From assembly GCA_963668675.2 (NCBI GenBank), contig CAXXMB010000002.1:736001-800000 (forward strand): a DNA stretch of 64,000 bases, read 5' to 3'. The position numbers and the translations under genes were made by a program. This document shows positions 38,921 through 47,665 of this stretch, piece after piece. Each line of letters begins with the position of its first letter. Position 1 is the stretch's first letter. The notes beneath the pieces were generated by a model. That model had not been told where the DNA came from, ran no database searches, and worked only from the letters and a program-made list of their open reading frames with translations. Origin of the DNA: an uncultured Desulfatitalea sp. (GTDB lineage Bacteria > Desulfobacterota > Desulfobacteria > Desulfobacterales > Desulfosarcinaceae).

Positions 38921-41900
38921 ATGCCGTTCAAACGGATGCGAACGTATCACACAATCGCGATAAGCCTCGTGCTGATCGGGATCGGTTTGCCCATCCTGCT
39001 GGCAATGGCCGGCACCACCCAACATTCGCCGCCCAGCGCCCATGAGGTCCATATCGCCTTCGGGTTTCACGTCAATCTCTACCACTCCTTTCGAAACGAC
39101 ACCAACGATGAAGACGGATTCGGAAAAGACATCCGCATCATCCGCCACATCATCCGGACCCTGGACCACTACAACGCCATAGGCATCCCCGTAAAGGGGG
39201 TGTGGGACTTCGACAACCTCTTCTCTCTCCAGGAGATCTTGCCGCAGTACGCACCGGACATCATATCGGATATCCGCAGACGCGTGCAGTCCAACGGCGA
39301 TGAAGTGATTCTGATGTCCTACAACAACGGACTGATCTCCGCCATGACCGAACAGGAGGTGGACGATGCCGTCCGCTGGGCCATCTCCAACCCCTGGCAG
39401 AGCGGGGTACAGGATCTCTTCGGTACCTACACCCCCATCGTCCGCCCCCAGGAGATGATGACCACGCCGGGTAACTTCTCCATCTACCGCAAGCACGGCA
39501 TCCAGGCCGTGGCACTCTACTACAGCGCGACCCCCTTCGACACCTTCAGGGTCTTCTCCCGCCAGCTCACCCGCGCCGAAGCGCACAACCCCATCCGGTA
39601 TCGCCATCCGCAAACCAAAGAGGAGATGGTGATCATCCCGACCTATCACATCGGAGACCTGGTCGAACATGTCAGTTTGAAAAACTGGGTTGGGGAACTG
39701 CGCAGGCTGCAATCCAGCGCTGAACTCGATGGCGACGCACTGATCTTCATCAACTACGACGCCGATTCCGAGCTGTGGAGCGGCATCGAGATGCCCTGGC
39801 CCCTGAAGTGGCTTCCCAACACGGAAGGGCTGGCCGGATTGATCGAAGAGGTCGCCGGGCTGCCCCGGGTGCGCTTCACAACCCCGGGGGACTACCTCAA
39901 GGATCATCCGCCGGTCGGCACCATTTACTTCAGCCAGGACACCGCCGATGGAAGCTATAACGGATACAACTCCTGGGCGGAAAAGGCCGACGCCTCCCAA
40001 TATTGGACCGAAATCGAACGCAGCCGCCGGGTACACTCGACGGCCCTTAAAATGATGCCGCTTATAGAGGATCCGAATACCCGCGAAGAGATCGAACATC
40101 TGATCGCCATAGCCGATATGAAACGATTCAGGGCGCTCTCAACCACCAACTTCGGCATGGCAACCCCCTTTCTGGCCCGCCAACGCCAACAGGTGATGGC
40201 CGGCCTGATGGACGATCTCAACCGATTCTCGGACCGCATGGCACAGCTCGTCTCCTCTCACGTGAGCCGGTCTCTCATGCAACAATCACCATCCGGAGCC
40301 GGAGACCTATTAACAAATTGGGTAAAATCCAGATTGGGGAATAGAGGCTTGGTTTGGCACGACACATTGTATGTGGTGCAATCCAATCCCGAAGCAGCGC
40401 AAACCGGCAATCGCTTTCTAAGCATCCCGCTGCCCGACAGCCTTGAAAAGGATACTCAAATTGCGCTGGTCACACCGAACGGAGAGGTGCTGCCAACCAT
40501 CCATATGGGAGTCAACCCCGGTCTCACCGGCTCGCATCGCCACACTTTCTATATAGACACCCAAGAGGGGATCACCGATGGCATCTACCACCTCTGCTCA
40601 TATCGGCGCGCCGGCGTTCCAAAACGGTTGGCTGATATGGAGATGCGTGCAGACGCGGCCCAACTCTCCAATCAAAGAGTTACCGTACGCTTTTCACCCG
40701 ACGGAGTAATTGAAGGGATCTACCTCGATAATACCCGGCAAGCAGACAGGGGCAGTCTGATCCCCTACCTGAAGTATGCACAAAAAACCCTGCCCGCAGA
40801 AGCAGCGCTGCAGCAACGCACAGTCTCCCGGGACGGTCTTTCGGCATCGGTCACTTTAGCCGGCACCCTGCCCGCTCCGGCATCCAATGCCCACAAGGCC
40901 GGATGGATGGATTACCGCCTGACCCTGGTATCCGATCTCCCCTATTTGCTGGTGGAGGGGCGCGTCGACTACCCAACCACCGAACGCAGCGACCTCCTGA
41001 AGAATGGGGCCCCCGGCCTCATGCGCAGGGCCGATATGCAATGGCAGGAGGTGGCTCCGGCAGAGATCAGATTCACACCGCGATCCACACGGGACAATCC
41101 GATCAGAATTCTCAAACGGAACTACCTCGATATCGAAAGCGAATACCGACTCGACTACTTCAGGCACGACAGGCAAAATCTCGAACTGGACAACATCAAC
41201 AACCACATCACCTCATCGTACGTGGGGCTCGTATCCGGCGGACACGGCATGGCCGTTGCCCAAAACAGTCGCATCCAGTCCAACTTCGCATTTGCTCCGC
41301 TAAAAATGCACTATCATACACAGGCTGACAACTTCTCGGTCAGCATCAATCCGTTCGGAACCTACCACGGCCGCCAATACCAACCCCAGACGTGGGGCAA
41401 CCGGCAAGGCTACGAAGCGACCCTGCTGGCCGGCGAACAGTTCGCCAGCGCAGGTCCAACCTACAACGGCAAGACCCGAAAGTTTGCCCTCCTGTTCGCA
41501 TTTTTCAAAGGGCAGCAGATTCCCGAACGCATCAAGCAGGACCTGATCGGTTATGCCCATATGCCGACCGTAATCTCATCCTTCGACCATACACACTACA
41601 GCCCACCGCCACGCCCCCTTCACGCACCCCAAGGGCTCGTAGCGACCTATAGCAAAGGAAAAATACGCTTCAACTGGGACCCCGACGACCAGCCGGACAC
41701 CCACTACCGCATCCACTGCGGCACCCGACCCAGTCACTATGAACAGATCTATCCGGCCATCGGCAGCACGGTAACCGTAGAACAATTCAGCTCCGGCGAG
41801 CCATTTGTCGAAGGGAAAACCTACTACGCCTATATCCAGGCAGTGGAAGGAAACGGAATTCAATCGCCCCCCTCTTCCGAAATCCGGTTCACTCCCGGTT

Positions 41901-41998
41901 CGGAAAAGAGAGCCGATCGTCAGGATGCCCCTTTGTCACTCGAACTCAGAGTCCTCTGGGCCAACCTGAGAGCGCTTATCATCAACAGTGTATTGTAA
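38921..41998 (+). CDS. Exported glycoside hydrolase-like protein (GH57/GH38-type barrel) with C-terminal FN3 domain
   Basis: Signal/TM segment; FGFHVNLYH, VRPQE and YDADSE motifs; FN3 (APQGL...W...Y...YY.YIQAV...S.PS.E). Confidence 0.65.
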   Translation: MPFKRMRTYHTIAISLVLIGIGLPILLAMAGTTQHSPPSAHEVHIAFGFHVNLYHSFRNDTNDEDGFGKDIRIIRHIIRTLDHYNAIGIPVKGVWDFDNLFSLQEILPQYAPDIISDIRRRVQSNGDEVILMSYNNGLISAMTEQEVDDAVRWAISNPWQSGVQDLFGTYTPIVRPQEMMTTPGNFSIYRKHGIQAVALYYSATPFDTFRVFSRQLTRAEAHNPIRYRHPQTKEEMVIIPTYHIGDLVEHVSLKNWVGELRRLQSSAELDGDALIFINYDADSELWSGIEMPWPLKWLPNTEGLAGLIEEVAGLPRVRFTTPGDYLKDHPPVGTIYFSQDTADGSYNGYNSWAEKADASQYWTEIERSRRVHSTALKMMPLIEDPNTREEIEHLIAIADMKRFRALSTTNFGMATPFLARQRQQVMAGLMDDLNRFSDRMAQLVSSHVSRSLMQQSPSGAGDLLTNWVKSRLGNRGLVWHDTLYVVQSNPEAAQTGNRFLSIPLPDSLEKDTQIALVTPNGEVLPTIHMGVNPGLTGSHRHTFYIDTQEGITDGIYHLCSYRRAGVPKRLADMEMRADAAQLSNQRVTVRFSPDGVIEGIYLDNTRQADRGSLIPYLKYAQKTLPAEAALQQRTVSRDGLSASVTLAGTLPAPASNAHKAGWMDYRLTLVSDLPYLLVEGRVDYPTTERSDLLKNGAPGLMRRADMQWQEVAPAEIRFTPRSTRDNPIRILKRNYLDIESEYRLDYFRHDRQNLELDNINNHITSSYVGLVSGGHGMAVAQNSRIQSNFAFAPLKMHYHTQADNFSVSINPFGTYHGRQYQPQTWGNRQGYEATLLAGEQFASAGPTYNGKTRKFALLFAFFKGQQIPERIKQDLIGYAHMPTVISSFDHTHYSPPPRPLHAPQGLVATYSKGKIRFNWDPDDQPDTHYRIHCGTRPSHYEQIYPAIGSTVTVEQFSSGEPFVEGKTYYAYIQAVEGNGIQSPPSSEIRFTPGSEKRADRQDAPLSLELRVLWANLRALIINSVL

Positions 41999-42006
41999 CC
42001 ACCATT

Positions 42007-42153
42007 TATTAACCCGGCAATAATTACCTTAGCAATCGTCATTCCGGCGCAGGCCGGGCACGAAGTGAAGCGTCAGCGCTATCCAGACCGTTCCCGGATC
42101 CCGGATCAAGTCCGGGATGACAAGGGTTGGCCTATTTAATTGCCGGTTTAATA
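42007..42153. mobile_element. MITE/REPIN-like element, family A, with insert, reverse orientation
   Basis: Near reverse complement of 37739-37886. Confidence 0.85.
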
Positions 42154-42195
42154 ATTCACAATGGCAACATCGCGACCTGCTCACCTCACAAAAGA

Positions 42196-42389
42196 GGTGA
42201 ATCAATTGGATGGCAAGGGTATCCCCATGCATTCAGCGGAAAATGCTACTGCTGCTTAGAGGCAGCGGAGGAAAAGCGGTCCGCACTGTCTGAGCGCAGC
42301 GAGTTTGCGGACCGCCCGGAGCGCCTCTTAGCAGCAGTTGCATTTTTCAGCGACGCATGGGGATACCCTTGCCATCCAATTGATTCACC
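42196..42389. repeat. Long rod-hairpin element, family H, copy 3
   Basis: Perfect 35-bp arms GGTGAATCAATTGGATGGCAAGGGTATCCCCATGC and complement; core ACTGTCTGAGCGCAGCGAGTTT. Confidence 0.85.
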
Positions 42390-42419
42390 GGCGCCCCCAC
42401 CCAAACCCTTCATGCATCC

Positions 42420-42683
42420 CTACTTCTCCATCTTGAGATACCCCTTGCAATCCGGATATGAAGCGCATCGAAAACGAATCTGAGGCCCCTTTCGCATGTA
42501 GATATGCATCTTCCCATTGCACAGCGGGCACAGCGGCCTGTCCTCTGCGATGGAGGGCTTTTTATTGAGAACGAATTGCCGGTTGCATATCAGGCAGAGG
42601 TAACGCTTCTTTCCCCCCTTGATATGGCCGTAGCCGTAAATGGCATCTGAAGAGCAGTGCGGACAGAGCACATTCTGGATCAT
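42420..42683 (-). CDS. Double zinc-ribbon protein (InsA-like plus topoisomerase-type C4 finger)
   Basis: CPHC...G..K.RYLCLICNRQF and CPLCNGKM...FRCASYPDC; GAGG RBS. Confidence 0.75.
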   Translation of the reverse strand: MIQNVLCPHCSSDAIYGYGHIKGGKKRYLCLICNRQFVLNKKPSIAEDRPLCPLCNGKMHIYMRKGPQIRFRCASYPDCKGYLKMEK

Positions 42684-42701
42684 GCGCTACCTCTTTCCCA
42701 T

Positions 42702-43445
42702 TCACAAATCGAAACGATCATCCAGGAACGACGCTACCCCCGAAGGCTCGCATCGGTCACCAGCGCCCGCATAGGCGATGATGATCTTATACGAACCGAC
42801 CGCATCGCCCGCCCCCTCAAACCGCAGCAAAAGCCCATCACCGGGTCGATACCAGTAATCGCTTTTCCAGAACGGCCCCTTCCAGCCGGTCAGCCGCAAC
42901 TCCACCCTCGCCGCCGCCACCGGCTCTCCCCTCACCGTAATCGTCTCCAGCCCCATCTTGGTGGCTTGCAGCTTGTAGGGCTTCAGGGTGTTGGATCGCA
43001 GCGTCCAGAACCGAATCGACTCCCGATCCGATACCACAAACCCTCTCAAAGAGAACGACGACGCCTGAAACCATGGATCGGCATCCACATCCACCTGCTT
43101 GTCGACCGCCTTGCCCCTGAACTCCCCCCGGATCGAAATGGTGCTGTCGTGTCGCTCCGCGCGGATCGATGTCTCGTTCGCAGGATCTTCGATAGACCAG
43201 GAGAGTGTATCGTAGGCATCATCCGTACGGGTGGTATGGACCCCCTCCGACCCCCGGCAGGTCAGGCGAAAGCCCTCTCCGCGATTGAGGCACCACAGGA
43301 CATTGTGGGATATTCCGCCCCTGCTCTCAACGTAGTATCGAACCTCCCGGTCAGCTTGCTCGGCGTATGCAACCAGGTACCAGGAGATCAAACTGATTAG
43401 GCTTGCGATGGCAGCCCAACCCATGGAGAGACACCGTTTTTTCAT
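42702..43445 (-). CDS. Exported hypothetical protein (beta-rich, DUF3108-like)
   Basis: N-terminal signal/TM segment; ETITVRG...A.RVEL...YWY...G.LLRF pattern. Confidence 0.65.
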   Translation of the reverse strand: MKKRCLSMGWAAIASLISLISWYLVAYAEQADREVRYYVESRGGISHNVLWCLNRGEGFRLTCRGSEGVHTTRTDDAYDTLSWSIEDPANETSIRAERHDSTISIRGEFRGKAVDKQVDVDADPWFQASSFSLRGFVVSDRESIRFWTLRSNTLKPYKLQATKMGLETITVRGEPVAAARVELRLTGWKGPFWKSDYWYRPGDGLLLRFEGAGDAVGSYKIIIAYAGAGDRCEPSGVASFLDDRFDL

Positions 43446-44225
43446 TGCCACTGTTTCCAACCCCGGGGTTGATCGTACGACCCCTCTTCATTGGCTTCAA
43501 CCGGCTCTTCGGAAAATATCTTGATCGACGCCTGCACACTCCGGATCATTACCGGTATAGGGAACAAATAGTTGCATCCTCGAATTCTGGGCGATGGTGT
43601 CGTCGATCTCCTAAGGCAGCGGGTTGGCCGCGTCAATGGAGATGGCGTCGACGCGCCAGATGAACCAGAGAGCCTCGCATAGGACCGTCTCGAACAGCCT
43701 CACCGGCGCATACCAGATCAAAACCGCACTGTATCGCTCAAATCCGAATAGTTCTCTGACAATCGCGATATTTTGCACCATTGTGTTAGCGTCATACGAT
43801 AATTTTGTTAGGCTTTTGTTTGCTATGGCAAAATTCCATAAAAATTACAGAAAATCATCGCTATTCGCCATGTATCGATTGTTCACAAATTGTTGATAAC
43901 AGAACTAGGGCACCGTAATTTCACTCATTTCAGCCTATCGAAATTTCCATCATGTTTCATAGGCTTAGGCAGGCATGGGGAAAAATCCTCATAAAAACCT
44001 ACAAGTTGCTCCCCTTCGCACCACAAGGGAATGAATCCCTAAAAAGCGCATGCATCGGCTTTGACATTCGGTGCTTTTCCGAAGAAAAAGAAGAGGCGAG
44101 AATAGAATCAATGTACTAAACCAAAACGCCATTCCAGTTCAATAATGCAACTTTGGGGATTGCACCAGATAAAGCCCCTTCTCATATCTTTCTATAGACG
44201 CTTTAACGCATGCGTGAGGACCACC

Positions 44226-44417
44226 ATGGAGCAAAGCCCTCTATACTACCAACCAAGCAAAAAAATGGCCGATATAGGCATTTCTCGCAATTGTCACTGC
44301 CCCCACTACGATCAATGTCTCAATAAGGCAGCCTACGAAGATCTGTTTCTCGATTGCAGGGAGTGCCATCTGAGGGATATCAGCGTCGAGGTCTTCTCCC
44401 TCGATCCCTACAAATGA
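44226..44417 (+). CDS. Small Cys-rich hypothetical protein (63 aa)
   Basis: GAGGA RBS; RNCHCPHYDQCL...DCRECH. Confidence 0.6.
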   Translation: MEQSPLYYQPSKKMADIGISRNCHCPHYDQCLNKAAYEDLFLDCRECHLRDISVEVFSLDPYK

Positions 44418-44519
44418 TCCCAATCGGACAGACTCCCGAGCCTCTATATTGAACGCCGGCCGCTTCGGCCAGGCTCGGGAAAGACAAGAAAACGCCTCCC
44501 CAGGCAATTGAATATCACA

Positions 44520-44640
44520 CCCGACGAGAAAGGCGGCAAGTTTGACCAATGCCGCAGTTCCGCCGATGAACAGGTAAAGTATAAACTGGATCGGCAACGA
44601 TAGATAGAAAGCGTAAACCGATCATCACATCGACCCTGCC
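44520..44640 (-). pseudogene. Possible relic of a GT2 (DPM1-like)-GtrA fusion gene
   Basis: GRVDVMIGLRFLS followed, in another frame, by LPIQFILYLFIGGTAALVKLAAF. Confidence 0.4.
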
Positions 44641-45107
44641 CTGGTTTCAAAACACCTGAAAACCTGACAGATGCCTCTTCATTTGTCGCCGGAAAGCTTA
44701 AAATTAGAAGTTCGTCCACAATTCATATTCAATTTTTTTAATGCTTTATAGCTTTTCCCGCTGAATAGTTACAAGAATATTGCCGCTTATGTGAGGAAAC
44801 GGATTGAAATCTGTTCACCACTCCTCCACTCGCGCAGTTTTACAGGGACTTTCCACCCCTGCCTGCTATTGCACTCCTGTGCCCGATGCCGGCAGGTCCT
44901 CCAACACAAATAAGTGGATCGCTGCCAACCATAAGACTCCATCGTTGACACGGGCATGGCCTTCCGATATTTCAATACTCTTTGCTGTTCATCCGCCGGT
45001 CGCCCCCAAAGGCCTCTTCGTGCCAATGCTCTAAAGTCAGGGAAATGGGAAGGCTCTCGGCGCTAACCAACGGAAGGATTGCCGGGGCACGCAACCCGGG
45101 CAACACA

Positions 45108-45788
45108 ATGATGATGAATCAACTCATCCAATCTGCAATGGAAAAGGGCCAAAAAGCGCTCTCCGAATATGACGCCAAGCAATTGCTGGCAGCATATGGC
45201 GTTCCCGTCACGCGTGAGCGATTGGTCCAGGAGAGGGGCCAGGCTGTGGAAGCGGCCGACGACATCGGATATCCGCTGGTGGTCAAGGCATGTTCCCCCG
45301 AATTGATGCACAAAAGCGAATCGGGGGCGGTAGCTGTGGGTATCGAAAATGCCCCAGCGCTGCTGGAGGCTTGCGACCGCGTCGTTGGCGCTATTGACAC
45401 CCCTCTGCAAGGCATCCTGATCCAGGAGATGGTCGCTGGCCAGCGCGAGTTGGTGGTGGGCCTGAACCGGGACCCGCAGTTCGGCCCCTGCGTGATGTTG
45501 GGGTTGGGCGGTGTCCTGACCGAGGCAATCAAGGACGTCGTTTTCCGCGTGGCGCCCTTCGACCATGGCGACGCGTTGGACATGATGGCCGAGCTGCGGT
45601 CCAGGGCGATCCTGGACACCTTTCGCGGACAGGCGGCCGTCGATCGCGACGCCCTGAGCCAAACCCTTCGGGCAGTGGGCCAGATGGCGCTTGATCACGA
45701 TGCCATCGCCGAGATCGATATCAATCCCATCATCATCGACGCCCAGGGACGTATCAAAGCCGTGGACGCGCTGGTGGTCCTTGGTTGA
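45108..45788 (+). CDS. ADP-forming acyl-CoA synthetase beta subunit (ATP-grasp)
   Basis: LSEYDAKQLLAAYGVP, GYPLVVK, HKSE, DPQFGP and EIDINP motifs. Confidence 0.9.
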   Translation: MMMNQLIQSAMEKGQKALSEYDAKQLLAAYGVPVTRERLVQERGQAVEAADDIGYPLVVKACSPELMHKSESGAVAVGIENAPALLEACDRVVGAIDTPLQGILIQEMVAGQRELVVGLNRDPQFGPCVMLGLGGVLTEAIKDVVFRVAPFDHGDALDMMAELRSRAILDTFRGQAAVDRDALSQTLRAVGQMALDHDAIAEIDINPIIIDAQGRIKAVDALVVLG

Positions 45789-45849
45789 TTGCGGTGGCCC
45801 GGGCCGGCCGCTTTCGACACCTCAATCCTTTCATCGCAGGGGACAAACC

Positions 45850-47319
45850 ATGAACCAGGTAACAGATCCGTATCGCGACATCCCACTCTATCCAATGATC
45901 AACCCGCGCAGCATTGCCTTTTTCGGCGCCTCCAACCGTTTTACCGCCATGGGCACCAATCAGCTCAACTCGATCCTGTCGCTCGACTTCAAGGGCAAGC
46001 TCTATCCCGTGCACCCCAAAGAGAAGAGCGTTCTGGGCCTGACCGCCTATGCCCACGTGGCCGACCTGCCCGAAGTGCCCGACCTGGCCGTTCTGGTGCT
46101 GCCGACCCGTATCGTGACCGAAACCCTGGAGGCGTGCGGCCAGAAGGGCATCAAGCACGCCATAGTGGTCTCCGGCGGATTCAACGAAGTGGGCGGCGAA
46201 GGGCCGGCCATGGAGCGTGAACTGGTCGCCGTGGCCCAACGCTACGGCATCCGCTTTCTGGGGCCCAACTGCCTGGGCGTGGTCAATCCGCACCACCTCT
46301 TCAACGTGACCTTCGCCAACTTCGAGGGCCGTCCGGGATTCATCGGCATGGCCTCCCAAAGCGGCAGCCTGTTGACCCAGATGTTCAGCTATCTTGAACA
46401 GTTTCACATCGGATTCTCTACCGGCATCAGTGTGGGAAACGAGGCCTCTGTGGACATTGTCGACTGCATGGAGTACCTGGCCGCCTGCCCCCACACCCGG
46501 GTCATCGGTCTCTATATCGAGAGCATCCGCCGGGGAAGGGCCTTCATCGACGCCGCCCGGCGAATCGCCCCCCACAAGCCGATCGTGGCTTACTATGCCG
46601 GCGGTTCGGAAGCCGGTCGCCGGGCAGCCTTTTCCCATACGGGCGCCATGGCGGGCCCCGACCAGCTGTATGACGGCGTCTTTCGCCAAAGCGGCGTGGT
46701 GCGGGCAGCGTCGCTCACCGAGCTGTTCGACTTCTGCTGGGTGCTGGGCGCCTGTACCGTCCCCCAACGTAACCGGGTGGTGGTGCTGACCCACTCCGGG
46801 GGCCCCGGCGCGGCTGCCGCCGATGCCTGCAGCCGCAATGGGATCGAGCTGCCGACCCTGTCGGACCAAACCCTCGAACGGCTCACCCCGTTGGTTCCAA
46901 AAACGGGAAGCACCAACAACCCCATCGACCTCACTTTCTCCCAGGACCCGTTTGCCTACTTCAAAAATCTACCCGAAGTGATCCTCCAGGGACCCGAAAG
47001 TGATGGCTTGCTGTTCTACTGTTTTACGCCCCAACAGGATATGGAGCGCATCATGGAGAGCCAGGGCGTTCCGAAAAAGGAGATCAAGGCCCTCACCTGG
47101 GAGACGGCCCGCCAGATTTCCAGCCAGATGAAAGCCCTCTCCGAAGCCCACGCCAAAGCGCTGATCGGCTTCACCTATCAAAACCCCGACATGCCGATTA
47201 TCGAAAGCCTGTTGGCCAAAGGCATCCCGATCATCCCCTCTCCCGAGCGGGGGGCCAGGGCCATGGCCGCCCTGGTGCAATACGGCCAGCTGGTTCGCAG
47301 GCTCACCGCGAATTCCTAA
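45850..47319 (+). CDS. ADP-forming acyl-CoA synthetase alpha subunit (CoA-binding)
   Basis: PRSIAFFGAS, GPNCLG, SQSG, VGNEA and SHTGAMAG (phospho-His) motifs. Confidence 0.9.
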   Translation: MNQVTDPYRDIPLYPMINPRSIAFFGASNRFTAMGTNQLNSILSLDFKGKLYPVHPKEKSVLGLTAYAHVADLPEVPDLAVLVLPTRIVTETLEACGQKGIKHAIVVSGGFNEVGGEGPAMERELVAVAQRYGIRFLGPNCLGVVNPHHLFNVTFANFEGRPGFIGMASQSGSLLTQMFSYLEQFHIGFSTGISVGNEASVDIVDCMEYLAACPHTRVIGLYIESIRRGRAFIDAARRIAPHKPIVAYYAGGSEAGRRAAFSHTGAMAGPDQLYDGVFRQSGVVRAASLTELFDFCWVLGACTVPQRNRVVVLTHSGGPGAAAADACSRNGIELPTLSDQTLERLTPLVPKTGSTNNPIDLTFSQDPFAYFKNLPEVILQGPESDGLLFYCFTPQQDMERIMESQGVPKKEIKALTWETARQISSQMKALSEAHAKALIGFTYQNPDMPIIESLLAKGIPIIPSPERGARAMAALVQYGQLVRRLTANS

Positions 47320-47429
47320 ACCGGCTCAACTGGTAGTTTATACTGCAATTTCAATCCCATTCACTCGAACCGATGCTACGGGCGGGCATAAAGCCCGCCT
47401 TGCACCGCCTCATCTCGACGCCCCCTATG

Positions 47430-47580
47430 ATTAAACCGGCAAATTATTAAACCGGGAAAAATTCGTCATCCCGGATTTGATCCGGGATCCAGTCAGCACC
47501 TGGATAGCCTCAAGGCTTCACTTTGTGCCCGGCTTTCACGGGTATGACGTCTGTTGATATATTCAGTTGCCGGGCAATAA
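47430..47580. mobile_element. MITE/REPIN-like element, family A, diverged, left end partly duplicated
   Basis: ATTAAACCGG occurs twice, then the REP pair with insert; right end TTGCCGGGCAATAA; most similar to the copy at 33464. Confidence 0.7.
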
Positions 47581-47587
47581 TTAAATC

Positions 47588-47614
47588 TAATTTATTTTTT
47601 ATGGCGGCCGATAA
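47588..47614 (+). promoter_or_regulatory. Sigma-28 promoter of the MCP gene
   Basis: TAAT-N15-GCCGATAA upstream of a chemoreceptor. Confidence 0.7.
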
Positions 47615-47665
47615 CCATAGAAGTGAAGCTTGGTTTTCAATCCTATACAATTTGAGGGAATCGTC

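Noticed and set aside
38792..40099. 435-aa minus-strand ORF
   Set aside because: Antisense shadow of the GH-like gene
42420..42683. Intact IS1 element
   Set aside because: No transposase catalytic domain or terminal repeats seen
44720..45100. Riboswitch upstream of the acyl-CoA synthetase
   Set aside because: Only small hairpins; no recognisable aptamer consensus (an Infernal/Rfam scan would settle this)
47377..47403. GGCGGGC-ATAAA-GCCCGCC hairpin as a GTAG-type REP
   Set aside because: Single copy without a correctly placed GTAG tag; more likely a 3' stem-loop
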